A stretch of DNA of 64,000 nt from Candidatus Niyogibacteria bacterium (lineage in GTDB: Bacteria; Patescibacteriota; Minisyncoccia; HO2-45-28), in NCBI GenBank assembly GCA_016432485.1, contig CP066691.1, positions 676,944 to 740,943 on the forward strand, in the 5' to 3' direction. Both the position numbers and the translations under genes were made by a program. Shown piece after piece: positions 40,544 through 50,475 of the stretch (positions are counted from its first letter, which is position 1; every line of letters starts with the position of its first letter). Under the pieces are notes generated by a model. It was not told where the DNA came from. It ran no database searches and worked only from the letters and a program-made list of their open reading frames with translations.

Positions 40544-40978
40544 ACGAACCTCCTGGGAGGTACTCCGCAATACCACACTACTGAACCATTCAGCAGGTGA
40601 ATTGTGGAGGCAGCCGCATTTCTGCAGCAACAAGCGAGAAACTAAGGAATAATTTCCCATTTGTTGCCGCAAAAGCCAAAAATCAATGTGCTTAATTTAC
40701 TGTAATAAGTATAGCATATATAAACTCATATGTCAAGCCAAAACAGAGCAATCAAAAAAAGCCCTTATTTCAGGCCATTTTCCACTTTTAAATTCTTATG
40801 GAAATTTTTCTTTGCATTGCCCTACGAAGCCTTGGTCCTACTCCGTAGCAGTCACTACTGCGAAGGACGCAGCGAAGTATGGGGCGGCAAATTCTTTGTT
40901 TTTTACAATTTTAAAAATGAGAAACCCGCTACGCCCGAAGACGTAGCGGGTGGGCAGTCTGCTTAGTTTTTGTTGCGA

Positions 40979-41608
40979 TCACCACCATGGCGGGCGTTCG
41001 AAGTCGCGAAGCGAGATGTTGTTCACGTTGATCCACGCATCGTAGCAGTCACCACCGTCGAGCTTGGCGGACAGCTCGGAGCCATCCTCAAACTTGATGT
41101 GGAGATTCTCGCCGACCACGTCAATCTCGGTGAGCTTCTTGCCAACGAATTCGCTCGTGAGCTTCGCGACGAACTGCTGTCGTGCCGCTTCGTGCGCTTC
41201 CGCCCTACGACGCTCTCGCTCTTCCTTCTCGCGCTGAGCCCGCGCCTCGTAATCCCTGCGGATCGTTTCCTTGAGCGTCGGGTTCGATACATAAAGCGCG
41301 ATTCCCACGGCAGGCACTTCACGCCAACCGCCGCCCTCGATCTTCTTGCGCTGTTGTTTCCGCATGAACGTATGGCGGATCTCGACAGTCCAAGGATCGG
41401 TAAGGGCGATGTTGTCGCTCGGAACCTCGAAACTCCGATCTCCGGATTCGATCTTCACCAGCTCTCCGAAGAGAGACGCTCCGACAACCTGAGGATTCGG
41501 CGAGAAGCCGAGCTCTCGCACCTGATGACCACCAGACACGACCCATCCTCCCTCGTTGAGCTTGTTGACAAGCTCTATCGGGGACAACGAAGTGCTGTGC
41601 CGGTTCAT
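40979..41608 (-). CDS. Hypothetical protein (GC-rich cassette)
   Basis: AGGAGGT SD before ATG 41608; promoter at ~41676-41704; terminator at 40922-40951. Confidence 0.7.
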   Translation of the reverse strand: MNRHSTSLSPIELVNKLNEGGWVVSGGHQVRELGFSPNPQVVGASLFGELVKIESGDRSFEVPSDNIALTDPWTVEIRHTFMRKQQRKKIEGGGWREVPAVGIALYVSNPTLKETIRRDYEARAQREKEERERRRAEAHEAARQQFVAKLTSEFVGKKLTEIDVVGENLHIKFEDGSELSAKLDGGDCYDAWINVNNISLRDFERPPWW

Positions 41609-41766
41609 CGCGTTCACCTCCTAAGGTTTGATTTGTTCAAGGGAATGTAGATAATTCCACACTCCGACTGTTTACAGTGTAGCAAGTATATATGACTTTG
41701 TCAAGCTCAGGTACAGTTAACCTTATGAGGTGACATTCTTGATGCGATAGGGTGACAAATTCTTTT

Positions 41767-42525
41767 TTAGATTTTATGAGCAACAATGACAACTCTATGG
41801 CGTTTCAACTCAATACCTTCTTGCGTTTTCATTTTTTCAACATACTCGGACAAAAATTTCCCGTCTTTAGTTGGGTCAAAATCCTTAAAAATAGGCACAC
41901 TTTCAAGCCAAAGGCTGAAATTATCAATATCCGAATAATATTCGGAGTAAAAAAATTCTTTTGCGAAAATCTCCTTAAAGCCAAGTGTTTCAAGCTCCGT
42001 CTTTTTCGATGCAAGGACGGATTTATCCCAGCCGCCAAAATTTTGGCCCCGACCAAAAACCTCCTTCAATTCCTTTGCGTCTTTCTCGCCGATACCAATT
42101 TCTATAAAACAACCACTCTTTTTCAAAACTCGATGAATTTCTTGATAAGGAGTTGGGCCTCTACGACTGTAAATCAAATCAAAATATTTGTCTTTAAATG
42201 GAAGTTTTTCTGCCTCGGCTTTTTGAAAAGTAACATTAGAAACTTTCTGTTCTTCTTGAAACTGCTTGGCCTTAGCGAGCATTTCAGAAGATATATCAAT
42301 TCCAAAAGTTTTATGAAATTTTTCTGCTATTTTAAGCGTAAATCTTCCGTCGGCACAACCAATATCAAGAGCGGTCTTATCTTTGTGGCCATACTTAATA
42401 AGTTGCTCAAGAAAAATTTCTTCTGGATTCCCATTGGGAAAATGGCTTTTGTGAATTGCTTCGGACTTATAGCCGCCGAATTTTTTAGCAACTTTATCAT
42501 AAAACTTTTGGTCAGGAATATTCAT
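41767..42525 (-). CDS. Class I SAM-dependent methyltransferase
   Basis: ALDIGCADG, GIDIS, LPF....FDLI, RVLK..G. Confidence 0.9.
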   Translation of the reverse strand: MNIPDQKFYDKVAKKFGGYKSEAIHKSHFPNGNPEEIFLEQLIKYGHKDKTALDIGCADGRFTLKIAEKFHKTFGIDISSEMLAKAKQFQEEQKVSNVTFQKAEAEKLPFKDKYFDLIYSRRGPTPYQEIHRVLKKSGCFIEIGIGEKDAKELKEVFGRGQNFGGWDKSVLASKKTELETLGFKEIFAKEFFYSEYYSDIDNFSLWLESVPIFKDFDPTKDGKFLSEYVEKMKTQEGIELKRHRVVIVAHKI

Positions 42526-42887
42526 AGGATTAAAAAATTTTCTTTTCTGCTTCTAACGAAATCGGGAATTTCTTTTTCCCCTAAAAGATTTGCTTCGCAA
42601 ATTTAACGGGGCACGTATTTTTCTCCGAATTCTTTTGCTGTTTTGGCATCCTGAAAGGAAGTGACAATTTCCCTCCTTCGCTTTCAGCTACGGACGGACA
42701 AGCAAGTTTTTTTTTGCTTTGCACTTCGTAGCTTCAGCGAAGGATGTGGCGGCATTCAATCCAAGAATTCGCGAAGCGAATACCTAAAGAATATAGGATT
42801 TTAAAAATGATGACAACAATGACAATCAGAAAAAAGAAACAGGCCGAACGCTCTTGCGAACGCTGGCCTGTTGGTTGTGGTTATTCC

Positions 42888-43379
42888 TCACGGCAGTTCT
42901 CCGTTCAGGATTTCCTGCCACGAGTTCACCTGCTTGACGCGGCTGAGGAAGCGAGCGTATCGCCACACTTCATCGGGACGCGGCTGGAAGAGGTAGAGCG
43001 TGCTCACCGTAGCGAGGTTGCCCAAGACTTCCAATCGGTCGTCAACAAAGTGGGTAACGCCCAACTCCTCACAGATACCGGCCTTCTCGTGTCGCTCACG
43101 GCAGAAGCGAACGCGCTCGCGTCCGATTCCAGTGAGGTCATAGAAGCGGTGATGGTCGAGCCATTGCAGGGTTTTGTTCTGCACACGCTGACCGCACTTC
43201 GAGACAAGGAATACCTTGTCGCCGAACCGCTTCTCCACGAGCTGACGCAGAGCGTCGAAGACGCCCGGCACTGCCGTAGTCCGCAGGTAATTGTCAGTGA
43301 AGAACGAGGTATCGGTTCCGTCGTTCACTCGGTCGATGATGACGCCGCCGATATCGACGCCAAGCGTTTCTGCATTCAA
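42888..43379 (-). CDS. HAD-like hydrolase (GC-rich cassette)
   Basis: GVDIGGVI, K, THFVDDR motifs; AGGAGG SD before TTG; terminator at 42830-42872. Confidence 0.75.
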   Translation of the reverse strand: MNAETLGVDIGGVIIDRVNDGTDTSFFTDNYLRTTAVPGVFDALRQLVEKRFGDKVFLVSKCGQRVQNKTLQWLDHHRFYDLTGIGRERVRFCRERHEKAGICEELGVTHFVDDRLEVLGNLATVSTLYLFQPRPDEVWRYARFLSRVKQVNSWQEILNGELP

Positions 43380-43542
43380 CGTTCTGCCCTCCTATCAAGG
43401 CACATTTTAACCTAAGCACTATGCCTAGATTTGAAAGCAATCATAGCATATCCAATCTAATACGTCAAGAAGCGGCGTTTGGCCGCTTCTTGGAAAGAAT
43501 CACTAGGATTAAAAATTTTTCTTTTCTATTTTTCTTACGTGA

Positions 43543-43624
43543 TGCCGCGGGTGGGAGTTCTTTTGACTCGCTTTGCTCGTCTGCAAGCCTGGGCTGCCTA
43601 AAGGCAGCCCTTCAACTCCCACCA
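43543..43624. repeat. tRNA-Leu 3'-end duplication plus hairpin element
   Basis: 43543-43559 identical to 43646-43662; inverted T-arm copy TTCAACTCCCACC at 43611-43623. Confidence 0.75.
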
Positions 43625-43642
43625 ATAATTATTTTAAATTCT

Positions 43643-43729
43643 TGGTGCCGCGGGTGGGAGTTGAACCCACATGACCTTGCGGTCGCAGGATTTTGAGTCC
43701 TGTGCGTCTGCCAGTTCCGCCACCGCGGC
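43643..43729 (-). tRNA. tRNA-Leu(CAA)
   Basis: Full cloverleaf: GCCGCGG acceptor, CAGGA-CUCAAAA-UCCUG anticodon arm, long variable arm, encoded CCA. Confidence 0.96.
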
Positions 43730-43802
43730 ATAAACTTCTACGATAAATCTATACATTTATCCACCCATTGTCAAAAAAAACTGATTTGCTAACCTATAAA
43801 TA

Positions 43803-44834
43803 ATGTCTGAAATTTCATCCGAAGCCTCAAATAAAACCCAAAGCATTTTTTGGATTGAAACCGATAAAATAAGTCCGAATCCGCTTCAGCCGCGGCGCGA
43901 ATTTGATGAGGCAAAGCTCAACGATCTTGCCGAATCAATCAAACAATACGGCATTTTGCAGCCGTTGGTGGTGGTGCGTCAAGAGCGTGAGACCGGCGCG
44001 GGCATCGCGGTTGACTACGAGCTGATTGCCGGTGAACGTCGTTTGAGAGCGGCAAAGATAGCCGGATTGGCTCATGTTCCGGCAATGATACGAAGTGAGC
44101 CGGCCGACAAAGTGAAACTGGAGATTGCTTTGATTGAAAATGTCCAGCGTGAAGATTTGAATCCGATGGAACGGGCCGTCGCTTTCAAACAACTGATGGA
44201 TAATTTCAATATGCGTCAGCGCGACGTCGGTTTGAAAATCGGGAAAAGCCGCGAATTCGTGGCCAATACTTTAAGAATGCTGTCTCTTCCGGAATATGTG
44301 CAAAAAGCGCTTGCTGACGGGCGAATAAGCGAGGGACATGCCAGGCCTCTTATGATGCTGTCCGAGCGGCCCGAAGAACAGGAAGCTTTGTTTAATGATA
44401 TTTACTTCAAACGGCTTTCGGTCCGCGATGCCGAAAAAGCGTCGCGCCGAATCGCGGTTGAGCGTACGCGCAAGCGCGACGACATACCGGATGCCGAAAC
44501 CCGTTCGCTTGAAGAAAAGCTGCGCGAAGCTCTGGGCACCAGAGTATATATAGAAAGGAAAGGCATCGGCGGAAAGATTTCCATTGAATTTTTTTCGGAA
44601 GACGAACTACGCACTCTGATAAATCAAGTTGCTTTGCATAGAACTCAAGAGGGCGCTGATTATGGAAGTGTTCGGCCTGAAGAAAAACTTGCTGAAAAAA
44701 TACCGCTAAATGAGCCGGTTTCGGGTCAACCTTTTGAAGACGAATCTTTGGATTCTTTGCCTTCGCCGGAGTCCGAAATAAACATAATGACCGCTCAAGC
44801 CCGCCCCGAAGACCTGAAGGATTTTACGGTTTGA
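43803..44834 (+). CDS. parB: ParB/Spo0J partition protein
   Basis: NPLQPR..F, GILQP, IAGERRLRA, ENVQREDL, SEGHAR. Confidence 0.93.
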   Translation: MSEISSEASNKTQSIFWIETDKISPNPLQPRREFDEAKLNDLAESIKQYGILQPLVVVRQERETGAGIAVDYELIAGERRLRAAKIAGLAHVPAMIRSEPADKVKLEIALIENVQREDLNPMERAVAFKQLMDNFNMRQRDVGLKIGKSREFVANTLRMLSLPEYVQKALADGRISEGHARPLMMLSERPEEQEALFNDIYFKRLSVRDAEKASRRIAVERTRKRDDIPDAETRSLEEKLREALGTRVYIERKGIGGKISIEFFSEDELRTLINQVALHRTQEGADYGSVRPEEKLAEKIPLNEPVSGQPFEDESLDSLPSPESEINIMTAQARPEDLKDFTV

Positions 44835-46572
44835 TTTTCTCCGCTACCGATTGCACTCCGCTGATTTTTTTGATGCGGGTTTTTATGCGTTCAAGCTGTT
44901 CGGCTTTTTTGCTTCGGAATTTTATGGTGATGGTCGGATAATCATTGCCGTGCGCCGCGCTGGAGACGGATTCTATATTAATTCTGAAAGTGGCGAGCAC
45001 CGCGGTTATATCTTTCAGGACGCCGACTCTATTTTTTACGACTATATTTAATTCAGCGGAGTCTTCGCCAATTTTTTTAGACGGATGAATTATGCCAAGC
45101 ACTTTTTTTATGCGGTTTTTGGCTAAAGAAGTTTTTACAAAGGTCAGCCATTCGGCGCTGGGTTTTTTATTTTTTTGAGTTATGATTTCCACCACGCTTC
45201 CGGAGGATAGAGTTGACGATAACGGAGACATTTTGGAATTGATTTTCGCGCCGGCCGCGTGATTGCCGATTTCCGAATGGACATGGTAGGCGAAGTCCAC
45301 GGGTGTGGCTCCCTCGGGCAGGTCCACGACATCGCCCTTGGGAGTTAAAACGAAGATGCGGTCTTTGAAAAAATCAATTTTTAAGGATTCCAAAAATTCT
45401 TCGGAATTTTGTTCTTTTTCAAATTCTTTTTGCCATGATTGCAGTTGTTTAACCCAGGCGAACTTTTGTTCTTTGAATTCGGCTCCGCCTCTAGGTTTGC
45501 CGGCTTCATCCCAGAACCAGTGGGCGGCGATTCCGTATTCCGCTTCGCGATGCATTTCCTCGGTGCGTATCTGAAACTCGGTTGGCTGTCCGTCAAGGCA
45601 AAATACCGTGGTATGGATGCTTTTGTAGCCGTTGAGTTTCGGCAGTGCTATATAATCTTTTATTCTTCCGGGCATGGGCTTCCATAATTTATGGATGACA
45701 CCGAGCGCTGAATAGCAATCTTCCACGTTTTTTACGATTATTCTCAGCGCTACCAGGTCTAAAACCTTGCCCCAGTTCATTTCATAGCGCAAAAGTTTTT
45801 TCCATGTGCTGTAATAATGTTTAGCCCGAGCCGATACTTCAAGCGGTTTTATATGTTCGGCCGCCAGCTCTTTTTTGACCACCGGCATTATTTTTTTCAG
45901 GTATTTTTCTCTTTCGGGAATTTTGGCGCCAACTTCTTTTTTGACCCATTCGTATTCTTGAGGATAGACATAGCGGAAGGCCAGGTCTTCAAGTTCATTT
46001 TTCATCTCGCCCATTCCCAGCCGATCAGCCAGTGAAGCGTAAATTTCAAGGGTCTCGGTCGCGATTCTGCGCTGTTTGTCGGCAGACGGCAGGACGTAAA
46101 GAGTTTTCATATTATTAAGGCGGTCAACCAGTTTTAATACGACTACCCTGATATCTTCGGCAACGGCCAGAAACATCCGTCGCATGGATTCGGCGGCGCG
46201 CTCTACGCCGTGGTATTTTAATTTATCCACTTTGGTGACGCCCCGGACTAAAAAAGCGATTTCGTCCCCGAATTTCTTTTTTATGTCGCGCATTGTGGCT
46301 ACGTTGTCTTCAACCGTGTCGTGGAGAAGTGCTGCTGAAACGGTTTTCACGTCCAGCTTTAAAGAAGCCGCGTCCAGCGCGACGTCCGTTACGTGATTTA
46401 TGTACGCTTCTCCGGTAAGGCGTGTCTGTAAGCGATGGGCCTCGGAGGCGTATTCAAAAGCTTTTTTAATCAGCGCCAAGTCGTCTTTTGAGAACCGCCC
46501 CCTATTTTTGGCCAGAAGTTTTTGTTCAAAGTCCGACCAAGACAGGCCTAAATTTTTTGAAGCATTTACCAT
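44824..46572 (-). CDS. RelA/SpoT homolog (HD, synthetase, TGS, ACT)
   Basis: LLHD, DRL.NM.TL, KDYI..PK.NGY.S.HT, EFQIRT, DFAY.VH; start probably 46572. Confidence 0.93.
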   Translation of the reverse strand: MVNASKNLGLSWSDFEQKLLAKNRGRFSKDDLALIKKAFEYASEAHRLQTRLTGEAYINHVTDVALDAASLKLDVKTVSAALLHDTVEDNVATMRDIKKKFGDEIAFLVRGVTKVDKLKYHGVERAAESMRRMFLAVAEDIRVVVLKLVDRLNNMKTLYVLPSADKQRRIATETLEIYASLADRLGMGEMKNELEDLAFRYVYPQEYEWVKKEVGAKIPEREKYLKKIMPVVKKELAAEHIKPLEVSARAKHYYSTWKKLLRYEMNWGKVLDLVALRIIVKNVEDCYSALGVIHKLWKPMPGRIKDYIALPKLNGYKSIHTTVFCLDGQPTEFQIRTEEMHREAEYGIAAHWFWDEAGKPRGGAEFKEQKFAWVKQLQSWQKEFEKEQNSEEFLESLKIDFFKDRIFVLTPKGDVVDLPEGATPVDFAYHVHSEIGNHAAGAKINSKMSPLSSTLSSGSVVEIITQKNKKPSAEWLTFVKTSLAKNRIKKVLGIIHPSKKIGEDSAELNIVVKNRVGVLKDITAVLATFRINIESVSSAAHGNDYPTITIKFRSKKAEQLERIKTRIKKISGVQSVAEKIKP

Positions 46573-46644
46573 ATACATATTATATGGCAGAATTAACTTT
46601 ATAGGCCAATTCAATTATTAATTATTAATCATTAATAAATTAGT

Positions 46645-47085
46645 ATGAATGATTCTGAAAATCCTCAAGGGGTCACAGGCGGCGCTCCGGATAGTCCCGC
46701 CCAAAACCAATACTCGGTTTTAATAGTTGAAGACGATAAATTTCTGCGGGACCTTTTGGTTCTCAAATTAAAAAAAGAAGGTTTTAAAATCAGCGAGGCT
46801 CTTGACGGTCAGGAGGGGCTGAATAAGGCCAGAAGCGTAAAGCCGAACATAATCGTTCTGGATTTGATAATACCGGTTAAGGACGGCTTTGCTTTTTTGG
46901 AGGAGATGAAGAAAGATCCGCAGATAGAATCAATACCGGTGATTGTGCTTTCCAATTTGGGACAGCGCGAGGATATAGAGCGCGCCAAGGCTCTGGGCGC
47001 TAAAGATTACATGGTTAAGGCTCAGCTTACGCCGATAGAAGTGGTGGAAAGGATTAAAGCCATTTTAAGGGAGTCATACATTTAG
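46645..47085 (+). CDS. Single-domain response regulator receiver
   Basis: VEDD, LDL..P..DG, LSN, K motifs. Confidence 0.9.
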   Translation: MNDSENPQGVTGGAPDSPAQNQYSVLIVEDDKFLRDLLVLKLKKEGFKISEALDGQEGLNKARSVKPNIIVLDLIIPVKDGFAFLEEMKKDPQIESIPVIVLSNLGQREDIERAKALGAKDYMVKAQLTPIEVVERIKAILRESYI

Positions 47086-47107
47086 TTTTTGGTTCCGGAA
47101 TTTGTAT

Positions 47108-48178
47108 ATGAATAAAGAGGCTCAATTTGCCCATGCTTTTAATACTATTCAGGGTATGGGCGCTCTTAAATTAAGAAGACTTTGGACGTTTTTCAATTCA
47201 TTTGAAGACGCGTGGTCAGCCGGACATCATGAAATTGAGAAAAAAACTGGTGATGCGGATTTGGCTTTACTTCTTGACGCAAGGCGGAACGTAAATCCGC
47301 GCCAAGAGTGGCGCATTCTTGAAGACGCGGGCATTAAAAGCGTTTTTCAAAGCGATGAAAATTATCCCAACCTTTTGCCTGAAATTCCTCATCCGCCGGC
47401 CATTTTATATTATTTAGGCGATCTGAATTACGCGGTTCAGCCGACAGTGGCCATTGTCGGAACAAGGCGCGCTACGCGCTATGGACTTGAAACCGCGGAG
47501 AACTTAGCCGCGGATCTGGCCGCTTCCGGAATTTTAGTGGTCAGCGGTTTGGCTTTGGGCGTTGACAGCCGCGCTCACCGCGGAGCTTTGAAGGGGGGAG
47601 GTAAAACCGTTGCCGTTTTGGGCTCCGGCCTTAACTATATTTATCCTTTGCAGAATAAAGAACTCGCCGCTAATATAATCGCCCAAGACGGAGCCGTTAT
47701 TTCCGAGTTTCCTCCGGCTAAGGCTCCGGAAAAATGGACTTTTCCGCAGAGAAACAGAATTATAGCGGGATTATCCCGATTGGTGGTGGTTGTGGAGGCT
47801 CCCCGGAAAAGCGGCGCTTTAATTACGGCAAATTTAGCGCTTGATTATAATAGGGAAGTGGGCGCTGTTCCCGGGGAAGTGGGCTCAATAAATTCATTCG
47901 GAACAAACGCGCTTTTGAAAAACGGCGCGGCAGTCATTCGTTCAGCCGACGATGTTCTGGAACTTCTGGGAATGGAGACGGTCCCAGTGAACACTCTTGA
48001 CAAAACGGACGACATCGACCAATACTTATTGGGTTTGATGGAAGAACCGCTGGACGCCGGCTCCATTTTGCAAAAAAGCAATTTGAGTCCGGCGGAACTT
48101 AATCAGAAACTTACTCTTCTGGAATTATGCGGGAAAATTAAAAATGTCGGAGGAATGTTTTATAAAATTTCTAATTAA
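47108..48178 (+). CDS. dprA: DNA processing protein A
   Basis: AIVGTR, VSGLALGVD, FPQRNRIIAG, SGALITA; upstream of topA. Confidence 0.95.
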   Translation: MNKEAQFAHAFNTIQGMGALKLRRLWTFFNSFEDAWSAGHHEIEKKTGDADLALLLDARRNVNPRQEWRILEDAGIKSVFQSDENYPNLLPEIPHPPAILYYLGDLNYAVQPTVAIVGTRRATRYGLETAENLAADLAASGILVVSGLALGVDSRAHRGALKGGGKTVAVLGSGLNYIYPLQNKELAANIIAQDGAVISEFPPAKAPEKWTFPQRNRIIAGLSRLVVVVEAPRKSGALITANLALDYNREVGAVPGEVGSINSFGTNALLKNGAAVIRSADDVLELLGMETVPVNTLDKTDDIDQYLLGLMEEPLDAGSILQKSNLSPAELNQKLTLLELCGKIKNVGGMFYKISN

Positions 48179-48200
48179 CCTAAATTTCTAATTAACATAA

Positions 48201-50291
48201 ATGAAGTTGATAATAGTAGAGTCGCCAACTAAAGCCAAAACTATCGGCAAATTTCTGCCGAAGGATTTTGAGATTGCTTCGTCTTTCGGCCATATTCGCG
48301 ATCTGCCGGCGTATGAATTGGGGGTTGACGCCGAAAAAGGTTTTGAACCTCATTATGTAGTTCCGAAAAAAGCAAGGCCCGCCGTAAAAAATTTAAAACA
48401 AATGGCGATTAAATCTTCGGATGTGATTCTGGCGACAGACGAAGACCGCGAGGGAGAAGCAATTGCCTGGCACATCACGCAAGCCCTGGGCTTGCGGGAA
48501 CTAAAAGCTAAAGGCTCAAAGCTAAAGGCCGTGGAACGAATTGTTTTTCATGAAATTACCAAGCGCGCCATCGAGGATGCTTTGAAAAATCCGCGCGAAA
48601 TTAATATGAATCTGGTTGATGCCCAGCAGGCGCGGCGCATTCTTGACCGACTCGTGGGATACAAACTTTCGCCGTTTTTGTGGCGCAAGGTTATGCGCGG
48701 ACTTTCTGCCGGGCGCGTGCAGTCGGTGGCCTTGCGTCTGATAGTTGAGCGCGAAACGCAAATCAAAGCCTTTACACCAGTAACTTTTTGGACGATTGAG
48801 ACGGAGGTGCAAAAAAAAGGATGCGCGGACCAAAAAGGCGAGTGCCTTCCGTTTAAAGCCCAGCTTGAAAGCGTGAATAAAAAATCGCCGTCCGAACCCG
48901 GCTTCACCGATAAAGAAGAAGTTGATTTGCTGGTTGACGATTTAAAAAAAGCCGAATTCAAATCGGTTTCGGTTGATAAGAAATCAAGAAAAAGAAATCC
49001 TTTGCCGCCCTTCACCACTTCAACTTTGCAGCAAGACGCTTACCGGCGGCTCGGATATTCCGCCAAGCGCACAATGATGTCGGCACAGCGTCTTTACGAA
49101 ACCGGCTTCATAACTTATATGCGCACCGACTCCGTTAATCTGGCACAAGAAGCTCTGAATAAAGCCGAAGAGTTCATAAAAAAAGAGTTCGGAGAAAATT
49201 TCAGCTCCAGACGCGTTTTTAAAACCAAATCGCGCCTGGCCCAGGAAGCTCATGAAGCAGTGCGGCCCACAAATCCGGAATTAGACCCGCAAAAAGCGGC
49301 GGGCGAAATAACAGACAGGTCGCAATTCAAACTTTATGACCTTATCTGGCGGCGTTTTACGGCTTCGCAAATGGCTGAAGCGGTTTTTGACGAAACGGTC
49401 ATTAAAATCGAAGCGCGGAATAAAAATGTTTATGAATTGAAAGCCGCGGGCTCCGTGATTTCTTTTGAGGGCTTTTTAAAGGTTTATCCGTCAAAAGCCG
49501 AAGATGTTATTTTGCCGAATTTGGAAGGTTCGGCGGATTTGAATTTGCTTGGTTTGGAATCGGTTGAGCGTCAGACCCGCGGGCCCGCGCGTTATTCCGA
49601 CGCCACTCTGGTTAAAGAACTTGAGAAATTGGGGATAGGCCGGCCGTCCACTTACGCGCCCATTATTTCAACCATTGAAGAACGCGGCTATGTCGTTCGC
49701 GATGAGAAAAAAAGTTTTCAGCCGACCGAAATCGGGGAAAAAGTAAATGAAATCTTGGTTAAAAACTTTTCAGAAATTGTTGACGTGGATTTTACGCGAA
49801 AGATGGAGGGCGAATTGGACGAAATCGCCGAAGGCAAAAAAGAAACTAAAGAAGTTTTAACCGCTTTCTACGAGCCCTTCATTAAAAATTTAAACGAAAA
49901 ATATCAAAGCGTGGTTAAAGAGGATTTGTCCCTGCCGACCGATCGCAAGTGTCCTGAATGTTCTAAGCCGCTTGTAATCCGGCAGGGGCGGTTCGGTAAA
50001 TTTATCGCCTGCTCCGGTTTTCCGGAATGTAAATACACCGAGGCATTGCCGCCGCCGACTATAGATATGAAATGCCCCATATGCAAAGAAGGCGAAGTTG
50101 TAGTGCGCCAGACCAGACGTAAGCGGACTTTTTACGGATGTTCCAAATGGCCCGAATGCAGTTTTGCCAGTTGGCGCAAGCCGACCGGAAAATTGTGTAT
50201 AGAATGCGGCTCGCCCTTGGTTGAATCTGTGCGCGGAGAAAAGTGCCCCAATAAAAACTGTTCATTCCGGGCCAAAAAAGAAAAAGTTTAG
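48201..50291 (+). CDS. topA: DNA topoisomerase I with C-terminal zinc ribbons
   Basis: IVESPTKA, DEDREGE, SAGRVQS, ITYMRTDS, GIGRPST. Confidence 0.97.
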   Translation: MKLIIVESPTKAKTIGKFLPKDFEIASSFGHIRDLPAYELGVDAEKGFEPHYVVPKKARPAVKNLKQMAIKSSDVILATDEDREGEAIAWHITQALGLRELKAKGSKLKAVERIVFHEITKRAIEDALKNPREINMNLVDAQQARRILDRLVGYKLSPFLWRKVMRGLSAGRVQSVALRLIVERETQIKAFTPVTFWTIETEVQKKGCADQKGECLPFKAQLESVNKKSPSEPGFTDKEEVDLLVDDLKKAEFKSVSVDKKSRKRNPLPPFTTSTLQQDAYRRLGYSAKRTMMSAQRLYETGFITYMRTDSVNLAQEALNKAEEFIKKEFGENFSSRRVFKTKSRLAQEAHEAVRPTNPELDPQKAAGEITDRSQFKLYDLIWRRFTASQMAEAVFDETVIKIEARNKNVYELKAAGSVISFEGFLKVYPSKAEDVILPNLEGSADLNLLGLESVERQTRGPARYSDATLVKELEKLGIGRPSTYAPIISTIEERGYVVRDEKKSFQPTEIGEKVNEILVKNFSEIVDVDFTRKMEGELDEIAEGKKETKEVLTAFYEPFIKNLNEKYQSVVKEDLSLPTDRKCPECSKPLVIRQGRFGKFIACSGFPECKYTEALPPPTIDMKCPICKEGEVVVRQTRRKRTFYGCSKWPECSFASWRKPTGKLCIECGSPLVESVRGEKCPNKNCSFRAKKEKV

Positions 50292-50475
50292 CTGTTTTAA
50301 GTAAAAACCGCCAAAAGTGTGCGCACATTACCTGTGGGCCTTTACATAATTTTTAGATATGTTATCATAGAGCCGGAAGCTAGGTTGAGAATTCCGCCCC
50401 GAAAGGTCTAAAAAAGTTTTCGGGGCGGAGTTCTTTAAATATCATTTTTTTCAACGGAGAGGAAAGGAGGAGCAT

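Noticed and set aside
48166-48197. 15-bp direct repeat AAATTTCTAATTAAC between dprA and topA
   Set aside because: Two AT-rich copies only; likely a local duplication
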